A stretch of DNA of 64,000 nucleotides from NCBI GenBank assembly GCA_965112635.1, contig OZ218778.1, positions 1,845,807 through 1,909,806 of the forward strand, read 5' to 3'. The notes under the pieces are model-generated. The model was not told the origin of the DNA and did not search any database. It worked only from the letters and a program-made list of their open reading frames with translations. The translations under genes were made by a program, and so were the position numbers. Each line of letters starts with the position of its first letter. The stretch's first letter is position 1. This document shows, piece after piece, positions 8,433-17,035 of this stretch. Source of the DNA: an uncultured bacterium. Its GTDB lineage: Bacteria; Oederibacteriota; Oederibacteriia; Oederibacteriales; Oederibacteriaceae.

Positions 8433-10085
8433 GTGGGTAGGGTGCAAATCTTTATGGTTGGTTTGGTCATTCTGTTGATGTGGGCGCCCAATGTTTTTGG
8501 CACGGCTTTTGGAACCACGGGCCAAAATTTTCTAACCATTGGCGTTGGTGCAAGGCCGACGGCGATGGGAGGGGCTTTCGTCGGTCTAGCTGACGACCCT
8601 GATGCGATCCACTGGAACCCAGCTGGTTTGATTAATCTTGAAGACTATGAAATTTCCCTGATGCATAGCGCTCTCATCGGAGACGTCAGCTATGATACCG
8701 TTTCCTACGCCCAGCCCATAGCTGTTGATTATGGTTATATTGGAGCCGGCATTGCCTATTTAGGTGTCCCCCCGTTTGATAATACCGTTGGTCGCGAAAA
8801 CTCGATCTCTGCCCATAATTTCCTGTTAGACATTGCCTATGCGAATCGATTGAGCGATATGTTTGATATAGGCAATCCAATCGGCCGGCGTTTAAGTTTG
8901 GGACTAGGTATAAAATGGATCAATTTTTCGATCGATAACTTGGTGAGTTATAATGACGTGGCCTTCGATGTTGGCACCTATTTCATCACTCCCTGGGAAC
9001 CGTTAACTCTGGGCGCGAGTTTGCAAAATTTAGGTATTTCTCTGGACCCTGCCGCTGTTTCAGACCCACTGCCTTTGACCTTTAGATGCGGAGCGTGTGT
9101 CCACATTGCAGACCTATCTATGCAGCTTGACCTGATCCAGCAAGTGGATAATGACGCCGTGATAGGATGGGGAACAGAATATAATTTCCAGGATTTATTG
9201 TTCCTAAGGGGTGGTTATGCGATTGGCGGGCCTTCTCTAAACGGGTTGTCCGGGATAACATGCGGTGCCGGATGGAGGATGAGGTCCTTTGAGTTTGATT
9301 ATACCTTTGTACCTATGGGGGAGTTGGGCGCCACCCACCGTTTTTCTCTTAACGTTTCCTTTGAACAGGAGCTCAAAGAATTACGTAAGAATCTGGCCGT
9401 GGAATCCAAAGACAAGGTCCAAAAAGATGAAATCATTGCTTTATATAAGAAGGGCAATGAATTCTATTATCAGGGGAACTACACTCAAGCTTTGGATGCC
9501 TGGCAGCAGATCCTGATCGTGGACCCGAAAAATCAAAAAGCGCAGGAAAGAATCACTTTTACCACGAACCTTTTGAACAAGAAGTTCACGGAAAACGAAG
9601 CAACGCAGTATTATGAACAGGGAATGAGTGATTATTCGGCTGGTGACTACGAAAAGGCTTTGGAACAATGGGCTAGTGTCCAAAAGATAGTTCCCGATTA
9701 CTTGAATATAAAGGAGATGATAAGTAAGGCAGAGGCGAAGTTGGCTGAAAAGAGAGTCGACAGGGCTGGAGTGGGTCCTTTGCTTGAAGCTGCTCGTACT
9801 TCCTATAAACAAGGGCAACTGCTGGATGCCGTCAAAGATTGGAGAAAAGTTTTAGAAGCAAATCCTCAAAATCAGGAAGCCCTGAAGTCGTTAAAGGATG
9901 CTAATGCGGAGATTTTAAACTTGGCAAAGAAAACCTATGATAAGGGGTTAGAATTTTACACCAATGGGGATTACGATAATGCCATTGCCACCTGGAAAAA
10001 TGTGGTAATACTTCAGCCTGATCACCCAACCGTATTGGGTGATATTGAGAGAGCCCAGAAAGAGGTAAATTCGTTGAAAAAATAA
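8433..10085 (+). CDS. FadL/TodX/PorV-family outer-membrane beta-barrel fused to a C-terminal ~240-aa TPR-like extension
   Basis: N-terminal signal peptide. FadL-family N-motif GARPTAMGGAFVGLADDPDAIHWNPAGL. Barrel ends with a beta-signal-like FSLNVSF, followed by four or more TPR-like repeats (YYQGNYTQALDAWQQILIVDPKN..., YEKALEQW..., WRKVLEANPQN..., YDNAIATWKNVVILQPDH). The start may be GTG 8433/8442 or ATG 8454. Confidence 0.65.
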   Translation: MGRVQIFMVGLVILLMWAPNVFGTAFGTTGQNFLTIGVGARPTAMGGAFVGLADDPDAIHWNPAGLINLEDYEISLMHSALIGDVSYDTVSYAQPIAVDYGYIGAGIAYLGVPPFDNTVGRENSISAHNFLLDIAYANRLSDMFDIGNPIGRRLSLGLGIKWINFSIDNLVSYNDVAFDVGTYFITPWEPLTLGASLQNLGISLDPAAVSDPLPLTFRCGACVHIADLSMQLDLIQQVDNDAVIGWGTEYNFQDLLFLRGGYAIGGPSLNGLSGITCGAGWRMRSFEFDYTFVPMGELGATHRFSLNVSFEQELKELRKNLAVESKDKVQKDEIIALYKKGNEFYYQGNYTQALDAWQQILIVDPKNQKAQERITFTTNLLNKKFTENEATQYYEQGMSDYSAGDYEKALEQWASVQKIVPDYLNIKEMISKAEAKLAEKRVDRAGVGPLLEAARTSYKQGQLLDAVKDWRKVLEANPQNQEALKSLKDANAEILNLAKKTYDKGLEFYTNGDYDNAIATWKNVVILQPDHPTVLGDIERAQKEVNSLKK

Positions 10086-10191
10086 GAATCATTAACTTAT
10101 CTCAGAGCCAAAAACGGTAATAATATCTATATATTTGACAATTAAAATTTGGATAGGTAGACTTTCAACCAAATGGTGAGGATAAGTAAAT

Positions 10192-12192
10192 ATGAAAAGT
10201 AATTCCAATAAGAGAAGCTATTTTCCTTTTTATTGTTTTTGGATAGTTGTAAGTTTATTTCTCCTCCTTTCTGTTTCCATGCTCCTTCAAATTGCGCTTG
10301 CCCAAGACAATGCTTCTCATGTTGCCTCTATATCTGTTGATGAGGGTGTTAAGGCTTATTTAGGGGGGGATTTAGATAAGGCTATTTTATCCTTTGAAGA
10401 TGCGTTAAATTCCGGTCAGGACGCCGAAAAAATAAAGGCTCTTTTAGTAAAAGCCCTGGTGGAGCGGAGCAACCAGTTGTTCGTGCAGGGAGATTTTACC
10501 AAAGCTTTTACTTACTCCAGCCGCGCCAAAGAGTTAGCTCCCAATAACCAGGAAGTGGCCTTAATTAATAGCCTTATCCTGCAAGCTAAAAGAGCCGTTG
10601 ATGTGCGGCCTATCAGAAAAACAGAAACGGTTTTGATCAGGGAGACCAGCACTGCTAACCGCCAGATGCAGAAGCAAATAGGGCAATTACTAGAGGCTTT
10701 CAAGCAGACCCAGCAGAAAATCTCCTTGTTGAATGTTTCACCCACAGCCGTATCAAAGTCGGTCGGCGCAGATATTATCTTTTATGTTTTATTGATTGGG
10801 GTGTTATTGGCCGGTGCGATTATCGTGTTTATTAGAGTGTGGTTTAGGTCCCACGAATCAATATTTACCCAGCAGCAAAATAAATTATTAGGTGTCATCT
10901 ATAACCAACAGCAAGTCCTGCTCAAAGATAACCAGAGGCTTGTTCCTGAGTCTACTCCAACCAACAAGGAAAGCATTAGCACGAGGGAAATGCTCAGCGA
11001 TCTCAATCCGCATGTCCGGGCCAGAGGCTTGGAGGTCTTGGCTGAGGAGCTCGAGCGCGAAAAGACTCCGAGCATTGTGGCCAAAAAGATCATTACCCCG
11101 TTTTTAAGCGAAAAAGACAATCGAGTCAGGGGCAATGCCGTTAAGGTTCTTTATAAATACGACGTTGAACAGGCGCGCGAGATCTTGAGGGAGATGTTTT
11201 GGAGTGGCAATGAATGGATGAGGCTTTCGGCAGCTTGGGTAATCGGGGAAGTAGCGGATCACGAGGGTGCGAGATGGATATTGCAGGCTATGGATGAGGC
11301 TCTGCCTCACCTGAAGCGGCGTTGCATCAAAACGATCCAGATATTTTTGAAGAATAGGAATCCACAATTACCCCTAGATCTTCATGACCAGATGAAGGAA
11401 ACGCTGGAAAAATTTAGGGATTATGTAGAAGAGGAAAACTCCCGACCTAATAGCCAGTCAGGAGTTTTGGGCACTACTACGGACAGTAAGGGGGGGGCTA
11501 CCGATGACAGTTCAAGCAGAAACATTTCGCCGAGGTGGAGGTACGTTTTAAAGAATTTATTTAGGAAACAGTGGCAAGCTCTAGAACGAGAGGTTCGGGA
11601 GCGCGAGCGGATAGCGTTCAAGTCCAGGGAAGACGTTGAATCTTTAGCTTTAGCAGAAAAGCAGAGGAATATTAGGCTTAGTACTGATATGGAAAAGTTG
11701 GAAAGGCAATATTTTGCCGTAAAAAAGAAGCTGGAAGAAGCAGAGAGCCAGTTTGCAGAATATAAAGCAGAGAATGACAGGGTGAGCAATCTGTTAAGTC
11801 AAAATTTGGCGGAGATCAATGAGCTCAAAAAGATCAAAGAAGATTTCAAAAAGGTCGTTGAAGAGAACAAAAACCTCCAGAATATGCTCATGGATAAAAG
11901 TAGTTCTTGGGCCACGGTTGTTCCAGGCGGGAGCCCTATTCTCGATGAAAGCAAAAGCAAAGCGGATGATGTACAGAATCTGGTCAATTCATACACGGAA
12001 TTGGAAAAACAGTGGCAAGCCATTTTGGCGGAGAAAGAAAGCCGTGTGGGTTCCCTTAAACAAAAAATGACGGAAACGGACGAGAAAGTCAAAAAAAAGG
12101 GGGAAGTTCGTAAGAAAGTAAGCAAAGAAAAAAGCAGCAGTATCGGAAGGTTGTATTATTTTGTGAACAAGAAATTGGGCGGTCTGCAGTAA
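10192..12192 (+). CDS. Membrane protein: N-terminal TM, periplasmic TPR-like region, second TM, cytoplasmic HEAT/PBS-lyase-like repeats and a long Lys/Glu-rich coiled coil
   Basis: Hydrophobic segments FPFYCFWIVVSLFLLLSVSMLLQIALA and IIFYVLLIGVLLAGAIIVFIRVWF. HEAT-like NPHVRARGLEVLAEEL..DNRVRGNAVKVLYKY..WMRLSAAWVIGEVAD. Coiled-coil C-terminus. sigma70-like promoter candidates in the AT-rich spacer 10086-10191. Confidence 0.5.
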   Translation: MKSNSNKRSYFPFYCFWIVVSLFLLLSVSMLLQIALAQDNASHVASISVDEGVKAYLGGDLDKAILSFEDALNSGQDAEKIKALLVKALVERSNQLFVQGDFTKAFTYSSRAKELAPNNQEVALINSLILQAKRAVDVRPIRKTETVLIRETSTANRQMQKQIGQLLEAFKQTQQKISLLNVSPTAVSKSVGADIIFYVLLIGVLLAGAIIVFIRVWFRSHESIFTQQQNKLLGVIYNQQQVLLKDNQRLVPESTPTNKESISTREMLSDLNPHVRARGLEVLAEELEREKTPSIVAKKIITPFLSEKDNRVRGNAVKVLYKYDVEQAREILREMFWSGNEWMRLSAAWVIGEVADHEGARWILQAMDEALPHLKRRCIKTIQIFLKNRNPQLPLDLHDQMKETLEKFRDYVEEENSRPNSQSGVLGTTTDSKGGATDDSSSRNISPRWRYVLKNLFRKQWQALEREVRERERIAFKSREDVESLALAEKQRNIRLSTDMEKLERQYFAVKKKLEEAESQFAEYKAENDRVSNLLSQNLAEINELKKIKEDFKKVVEENKNLQNMLMDKSSSWATVVPGGSPILDESKSKADDVQNLVNSYTELEKQWQAILAEKESRVGSLKQKMTETDEKVKKKGEVRKKVSKEKSSSIGRLYYFVNKKLGGLQ

Positions 12193-12295
12193 CCATCCGT
12201 GAGTAAGTCTGTTTTCCTGACGCAAGAATTCCTAGAGTAGATTGGTTCTTTAAATTTGAGTAATTGGTTGCATAAAAACACGGAGGCGAGAAAAA

Positions 12296-14278
12296 GTGCC
12301 AGAGAAAAGCGAGGTTGTTTTAAATATTGAGGGTAACAGGGTAACGGTTTCTGCAGAGACCAGTTCTTTGTCTATTCTGCGGATGTTTGTGGACAGAAAA
12401 CTTCGGGAGTTTTCCTTCAAACAAGATGACATTGATGCAATCGAATTGGCCGTTGACGAAGCCTGCACAAATATTATTGAGTACGCTTATCCTGATGCCC
12501 CAGGTCCAGAAAAGACCATTACGCTTGAAATTGGGTTGACCAGGGATGATGTCCATGTATTTATTATGGATTATGGAGTCCCCGTTCCCGAAAAGGTCGT
12601 AAAAAAATTTAGCAGCGTTAAAGGAAAGCCTAAAGGCGAACAAGTGGGGGGCTGGGGTATCTACTTAATTGCTAATTCGGTCAACGAGGTTCGATATAGT
12701 CGCAAAAAGAACGCAAATATTTTGAGATTAAAAAGAAAGCGTTTGAAATTATCAGCAGTCGCAGGGAGGCGTCCTTTTTTTGTGGGCTCTCTTTCTTTAC
12801 GGGCCCAATTTAACGCCTATATTTTCTTCATCTTTTTAGTAAGTGCTGTTTGTATAGCCTTTTTGATCATCCCACAAGAGCGCCGTATCATAGAAAGCAG
12901 ATCAATCAACAATGGCATATGGCTGGCTAGGAATTTCGCCGGCAGGGTCACGGCTCCTTACTTAGCGCATGATCAGTTGACCCTGGCAGTAACCGCCCGC
13001 TTAATGGAGGAAAATCCCCAGGTCGCCTACGCTGTCATTACCGATTCAAAAGATATAGTCCAAATAGACCCAAAAGGGCAGCTGTCTGGTTTATTATTCA
13101 GCCATGGGTATTTTGGAAATCCTATTTTAGCGCAAGAAAATGTGCGATGCAGAGAAGCGAGGGTTTTAGATATGAATGTCTATGACCTTCAGTCAGATCT
13201 CACAATCAGGCATCTTAATAAGGCAGTGACTCTCGGCTCCATTCACCTGGGTTTGAACCGCAATATCATTAATCAGGTCATCAATGATGCTATCAGGAAC
13301 ATTGGAATTATCGCTATTATGATCCTATTAGTCATACTTGTTTTAACGTCGATCATGACAGAGTTTGTAATTCGGCCTATTAGAAAGCTAATGGCCGGAG
13401 TTCGACAAATAGGGAACGGTTATTTCGATTATCGCCTTGATTTGAAAAGTACCCAGGAGTTAAAAGAGCTTTCGGATGCTTTTAATATCATGGCTCGCGA
13501 CTTAAAGCAAGGGCGCGAAACGCAGCTAGAAAAGATCAAGATCGAGCAGGAGCTGGATATGGCCAGCCATGTCCAAAAACTGTTATTGCCCAAAGAGATC
13601 CCGTCCATTCCGGGTTGCGACTTTGGAATGTTCTACCGGTCAGCCAAACAACTGGGAGGAGATTATCTAGATTTTATACCTATCAGTGATGAGTTGATGG
13701 GTATTGTGATCGCCGATGTGGCAGGAAAGGGAGTTCCCGCCGCATTGATGATGTCCAATGTTCGGAGTACCCTAAGGGCTGCAGCTAAAAGCGAAAGGTC
13801 ACCCAAAAAAGTTCTGACTTTTCTAAATGAGCAAATAACCAAAGATACCACGCCGGATGTTTTTATAACGATGCTTTACTGTATTTTTAATTTGCAAAAC
13901 AGGGAAATTAAATATGCTTCAGCAGGACATTGTCCCTTGCTTTGCTTGCCTGCTGGACGCAATAAGATTATTGAATATAAAACCCTGGGTTTTCCACTGG
14001 GAATAGAGCAGGGGCCAAAGTTTGAGGAAAGGTTGGAAGAAGGGGATCAATTGTTAAAGACCGGAGATATTATAGTGTTATACTCCGACGGGGTGAATGA
14101 AGCTTTTAACAACAGAGGTGAAGAATTCGGAGAAAAGAGACTTTTTGAAGCCATTCTTAAGAACCAAGATTTAACTGCCCAGCAGTTAGCTACTCTAATT
14201 GAAAATGAAGTTAGTTCCTTTATTGGACAAAAGAAACGCAGCGATGATATCAGTATTATCACCTGTAAAATAAAATAA
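12296..14278 (+). CDS. Partner-switching signalling protein: N-terminal RsbW/SpoIIAB-like GHKL anti-sigma kinase domain, TM, periplasmic sensor, TM, HAMP, then PP2C/SpoIIE Ser phosphatase
   Basis: GHKL motifs AVDEACTNIIEYAY..FIMDYGVP..GGWGIYLIANSV. Two TM helices flank a ~150-aa loop. HAMP (IRPIRKLMAGVRQIGNGYFDYRL..ELSDAFNIMARDL). PP2C motifs GGDYLDFIPI..GIVIADVAGKGVPAALMMS..VLYSDGVNEAFN..DDISIITCKI. GTG start with GGAGG RBS. Confidence 0.7.
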   Translation: MPEKSEVVLNIEGNRVTVSAETSSLSILRMFVDRKLREFSFKQDDIDAIELAVDEACTNIIEYAYPDAPGPEKTITLEIGLTRDDVHVFIMDYGVPVPEKVVKKFSSVKGKPKGEQVGGWGIYLIANSVNEVRYSRKKNANILRLKRKRLKLSAVAGRRPFFVGSLSLRAQFNAYIFFIFLVSAVCIAFLIIPQERRIIESRSINNGIWLARNFAGRVTAPYLAHDQLTLAVTARLMEENPQVAYAVITDSKDIVQIDPKGQLSGLLFSHGYFGNPILAQENVRCREARVLDMNVYDLQSDLTIRHLNKAVTLGSIHLGLNRNIINQVINDAIRNIGIIAIMILLVILVLTSIMTEFVIRPIRKLMAGVRQIGNGYFDYRLDLKSTQELKELSDAFNIMARDLKQGRETQLEKIKIEQELDMASHVQKLLLPKEIPSIPGCDFGMFYRSAKQLGGDYLDFIPISDELMGIVIADVAGKGVPAALMMSNVRSTLRAAAKSERSPKKVLTFLNEQITKDTTPDVFITMLYCIFNLQNREIKYASAGHCPLLCLPAGRNKIIEYKTLGFPLGIEQGPKFEERLEEGDQLLKTGDIIVLYSDGVNEAFNNRGEEFGEKRLFEAILKNQDLTAQQLATLIENEVSSFIGQKKRSDDISIITCKIK

Positions 14279-14294
14279 GGAAAGGAGTTAGTCC

Positions 14295-14654
14295 ATGAGT
14301 GAAACTGGTTTGGATATTGTTATTGCCGGGACAGAGTCTAAAAAAGGATGCAAATTAATATTAAAAGGGTATTTAGACGCTGAAACTGTTCCAAAGTTAA
14401 ATGCCAAAATGAAAGATGTTATCCAACAAAAAACAAGCAAAATAATACTTGATCTACAAGAGATATCTTTTATTAGCAGTGCAGGGTGGGGAGCGTTGGT
14501 GATTTTGGCAAAAACGGCTCAAAGAGAAAAAGGAAACATAGTACTAATCAATTTGGGCCCTAAGCTGGCCAGGACCTTTAATCTTTTGGACCTATCTCCA
14601 ATCTTGCAAGTATTTTCTAGTGAAGCCGATGCGTCTGCATTTTTGAATAAATAA
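14295..14654 (+). CDS. STAS-domain anti-sigma-factor antagonist (RsbV/SpoIIAA-like)
   Basis: 119 aa. KIILDLQEISFISSAGWGALVILAKTAQREKGNIVLINLGPKLARTFNLLDL has the typical STAS fold signature with the conserved phospho-Ser context (ISSAG). Lies 16 bp downstream of the kinase/phosphatase gene. Confidence 0.75.
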   Translation: MSETGLDIVIAGTESKKGCKLILKGYLDAETVPKLNAKMKDVIQQKTSKIILDLQEISFISSAGWGALVILAKTAQREKGNIVLINLGPKLARTFNLLDLSPILQVFSSEADASAFLNK

Positions 14655-14848
14655 ACTAATCGGTAGGTCTAACGAAAGTTCAGTGGTAACCTTTTAATTA
14701 AAACTATTCTTCTGTCATTTATGATGCCTAATCCCTTTTATTCCATTTTTTTTAATATTCCTATTGATTTTATTGAAAATAGTTGTATTTTTGTGTTAAA
14801 ATTGATATAATAAAATATGTTATAAAGTATGTAACAAAAGGGTTGCAA

Positions 14849-15718
14849 ATGCAAAAGTCTGTGGCTATTGGCACCGTGGTCAGAATGACCGGGCTCTCCA
14901 AGGTAGTGTTGCGTTATTGGGAAAAACTCGGTCTCATCAAACCTCTGCGTTCTGAAAAAGGACGCCGCCGTTATGATATGGACCAACTTAAAGAGATAAT
15001 CAGGATCAAAGAACTCCTGAAAAAGCACCGTATGCGGGTTTCAGAACTGGTCAACTCCACCGAGCTTCTAAAAGATAACTTCCTAAAAACGATTTTTGAC
15101 AACGAACTGGAACAGGATATTGATAACCTCAAGAGTGGAACAGGGGACCTTAAGCCAGGAGACTCAGGGTTTGTGCCGGATTCTATGGCCGCCAATATTA
15201 TGATGGAACGGATCGAACGAAGGATCGCCAAAGGTAAGCCGTTAGCCCTTATCTTCCTGGATATTCTCCATTTAGATGAATTCCGACAGCGGTACGGGGA
15301 GGAGCGCACTAACAAACTTTTGAATTTTTCCGCTGTCCTTATTTTAGATATGATCGGCAGTTACGGGAATGCCGAGGATAGCGTACATCACCTTGGCCAG
15401 GGCCGGTTCATTATTCTTACCACTCCCAATAAATTTCAGGGTATCATCCCATCAATCCTTTCTTCCTTCCAAGAATTCGTTGTTTTTAAATATGATGAGA
15501 AGGATCAGGCGCCTATGCTGTTGAGAATAAAATCCGGACTTTTAGAAGGGAAAGACCAGCCTGGAAAAGGATTTCCTGTCGCGGCCTTAAAAGTGCTTGT
15601 TCAGACCAACCGAAAGTTTATTAATCAAATCATGTCCAATCCAGAAAACAGGAGTGCTGATTCTGTTCTAAATAAGTTGAAAGAAACAAGCACGCCTTTT
15701 GTGCCGCCAACCTTATGA
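14849..15718 (+). CDS. MerR-family HTH regulator fused to a degenerate GGDEF-like domain (GQGRF in place of GG[DE]EF)
   Basis: MQKSVAIGTVVRMTGLSKVVLRYWEKLGLIKPLRSEKGRRRY is the MerR HTH signature. C-terminal LALIFLDILHLDEFRQRYGEERTNKLLNFSAVLILDMIG...HHLGQGRFIILTT follows the GGDEF-domain pattern (lALilLDiDhFKqiNDtyGH...aRlGGDEFvill) with a non-canonical active site. The ORF track start 14783 lies in AT-rich promoter DNA; ATG 14849 is preferred. The 3' end overlaps tsaB (ATGA). Confidence 0.6.
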   Translation: MQKSVAIGTVVRMTGLSKVVLRYWEKLGLIKPLRSEKGRRRYDMDQLKEIIRIKELLKKHRMRVSELVNSTELLKDNFLKTIFDNELEQDIDNLKSGTGDLKPGDSGFVPDSMAANIMMERIERRIAKGKPLALIFLDILHLDEFRQRYGEERTNKLLNFSAVLILDMIGSYGNAEDSVHHLGQGRFIILTTPNKFQGIIPSILSSFQEFVVFKYDEKDQAPMLLRIKSGLLEGKDQPGKGFPVAALKVLVQTNRKFINQIMSNPENRSADSVLNKLKETSTPFVPPTL

Positions 15719-16404
15719 AGACACAACGCCTCATTCTTGCCTTTGAAACAGCTACTTCTCTTGGGAGCGTGGCTCTTTTAGATTCACTAAACCTGTTAGG
15801 TGAGGTGTTTTTCAGCCAATCCCAAAACTATGAAGCAAGCATCATTAAATCCGTTGATTATTTGCTTAGGCAGCATAATAAGAATATTAAGAATATTGAT
15901 GTTATTGCTGTTTCTGCCGGGCCAGGTTCTTTCACAGGTTTGCGCGTAGGGCTGGCCACTGTCAGAGGACTGGCCCAAAGCCTAAACAAGAAAGTAGTAC
16001 CTGTTTGCACTTTGGATTCAATGGCTTTCCAGGAAATGGAAATGTCTAGTATTGATCTTTGTCCACTACTGGATGCGAAACGAGGCGAGGTCTTTTCAGC
16101 AGTATACCGCAAAACTTATCAGGGGATTGCGAGGAATACCCAGCCCTTTGTGAGCAGCCCCGAAGAACTATGCCGTAGGATCAAAAGACCAACCTGCTTT
16201 TTCGGAGAGGGGTGGCTGAAATATGGATCTTTAATAAGAGAAAATTTGGGTGCTGTGGCAGTTGATGGGCCGCCTCATTCTGGAGTTAGAGCTTCAATCG
16301 TGGGATTAATAGCAGCCAAGTCAAGCATGTTAACCAGGGCTATTGATTATAATGAGGTAGAGCCCTGGTATATCCGCAGGCCTTTTGCAAAACAAAAGAG
16401 CTAA
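15715..16404 (+). CDS. tsaB: tRNA threonylcarbamoyladenosine biosynthesis protein TsaB (YeaZ)
   Basis: MKTQRLILAFETATSLGSVALL...IDVIAVSAGPGSFTGLRVGLATVRGLAQSL is the TsaB/Kae1-family ASKHA fold; 229 aa; followed by rimI as in the conserved tsaB-rimI pair. Confidence 0.85.
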   Translation: MKTQRLILAFETATSLGSVALLDSLNLLGEVFFSQSQNYEASIIKSVDYLLRQHNKNIKNIDVIAVSAGPGSFTGLRVGLATVRGLAQSLNKKVVPVCTLDSMAFQEMEMSSIDLCPLLDAKRGEVFSAVYRKTYQGIARNTQPFVSSPEELCRRIKRPTCFFGEGWLKYGSLIRENLGAVAVDGPPHSGVRASIVGLIAAKSSMLTRAIDYNEVEPWYIRRPFAKQKS

Positions 16405-16426
16405 GAATGTTGGGAAACCCAGAATA

Positions 16427-16873
16427 ATGCCCATAAATATCGAAAAAATGACCCCAAAAGACATAGATCGAGTTTGGGAGATCGATAAGGCTGCTTTTCC
16501 GCTTCCCTGGAGTAGGAATATGTATGAAAGAGAGTTTCAACACGGTCTTTCCTATTATTTTGTGGCCAGAGAAGATGGGGAAATTGTGGGTTTTGGGGGG
16601 TTTTGGAAAATTGAGCAAGAAGCTCATTTGACTAATTTTGGTGTACATCCCAATTATCAACATAAAGGAATAGGAAGGCAACTTTTGAAGGAATTGTTGG
16701 AGCTGGCTGTTTCGCTAGGATGCCGCCGAGCAACCCTGGAGGTGAGGGTTAGTAATGAGCGGGCACGCCAATTTTATGAAAAAGCCGGTTTTGATATGAT
16801 TGCCATCAGAAAAAAATATTACCCCGATAATCAGGAAGACGCCCTGGTCTATTGGAACAACGGATTAAAATGA
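16427..16873 (+). CDS. rimI: Ribosomal-protein-alanine N-acetyltransferase RimI (GNAT)
   Basis: MPINIEKMTPKDIDRVWEIDKAAFPLPWS...VGFGGFWKIEQEAHLTNFGVHPNYQHKGIGRQLL..ATLEVRVSNERARQFYEKAGF carries GNAT motifs A/B. An alternative start at 16385 would overlap tsaB by 20 nt. Confidence 0.85.
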   Translation: MPINIEKMTPKDIDRVWEIDKAAFPLPWSRNMYEREFQHGLSYYFVAREDGEIVGFGGFWKIEQEAHLTNFGVHPNYQHKGIGRQLLKELLELAVSLGCRRATLEVRVSNERARQFYEKAGFDMIAIRKKYYPDNQEDALVYWNNGLK

Positions 16874-17035
16874 GTTACCCTTCCCTAAAAGGCTGACCGA
16901 AACAGCCAGAAATTCCTTGATTTAACAAACATAAAATGATAACTCTAGTCTTAATCATTTCCTAACAAAATACTAATAGTAGGAAACAATTCTGCGGAAA
17001 TATTCCGTGATATTAAGATTAAGGAGGAATGGAAC

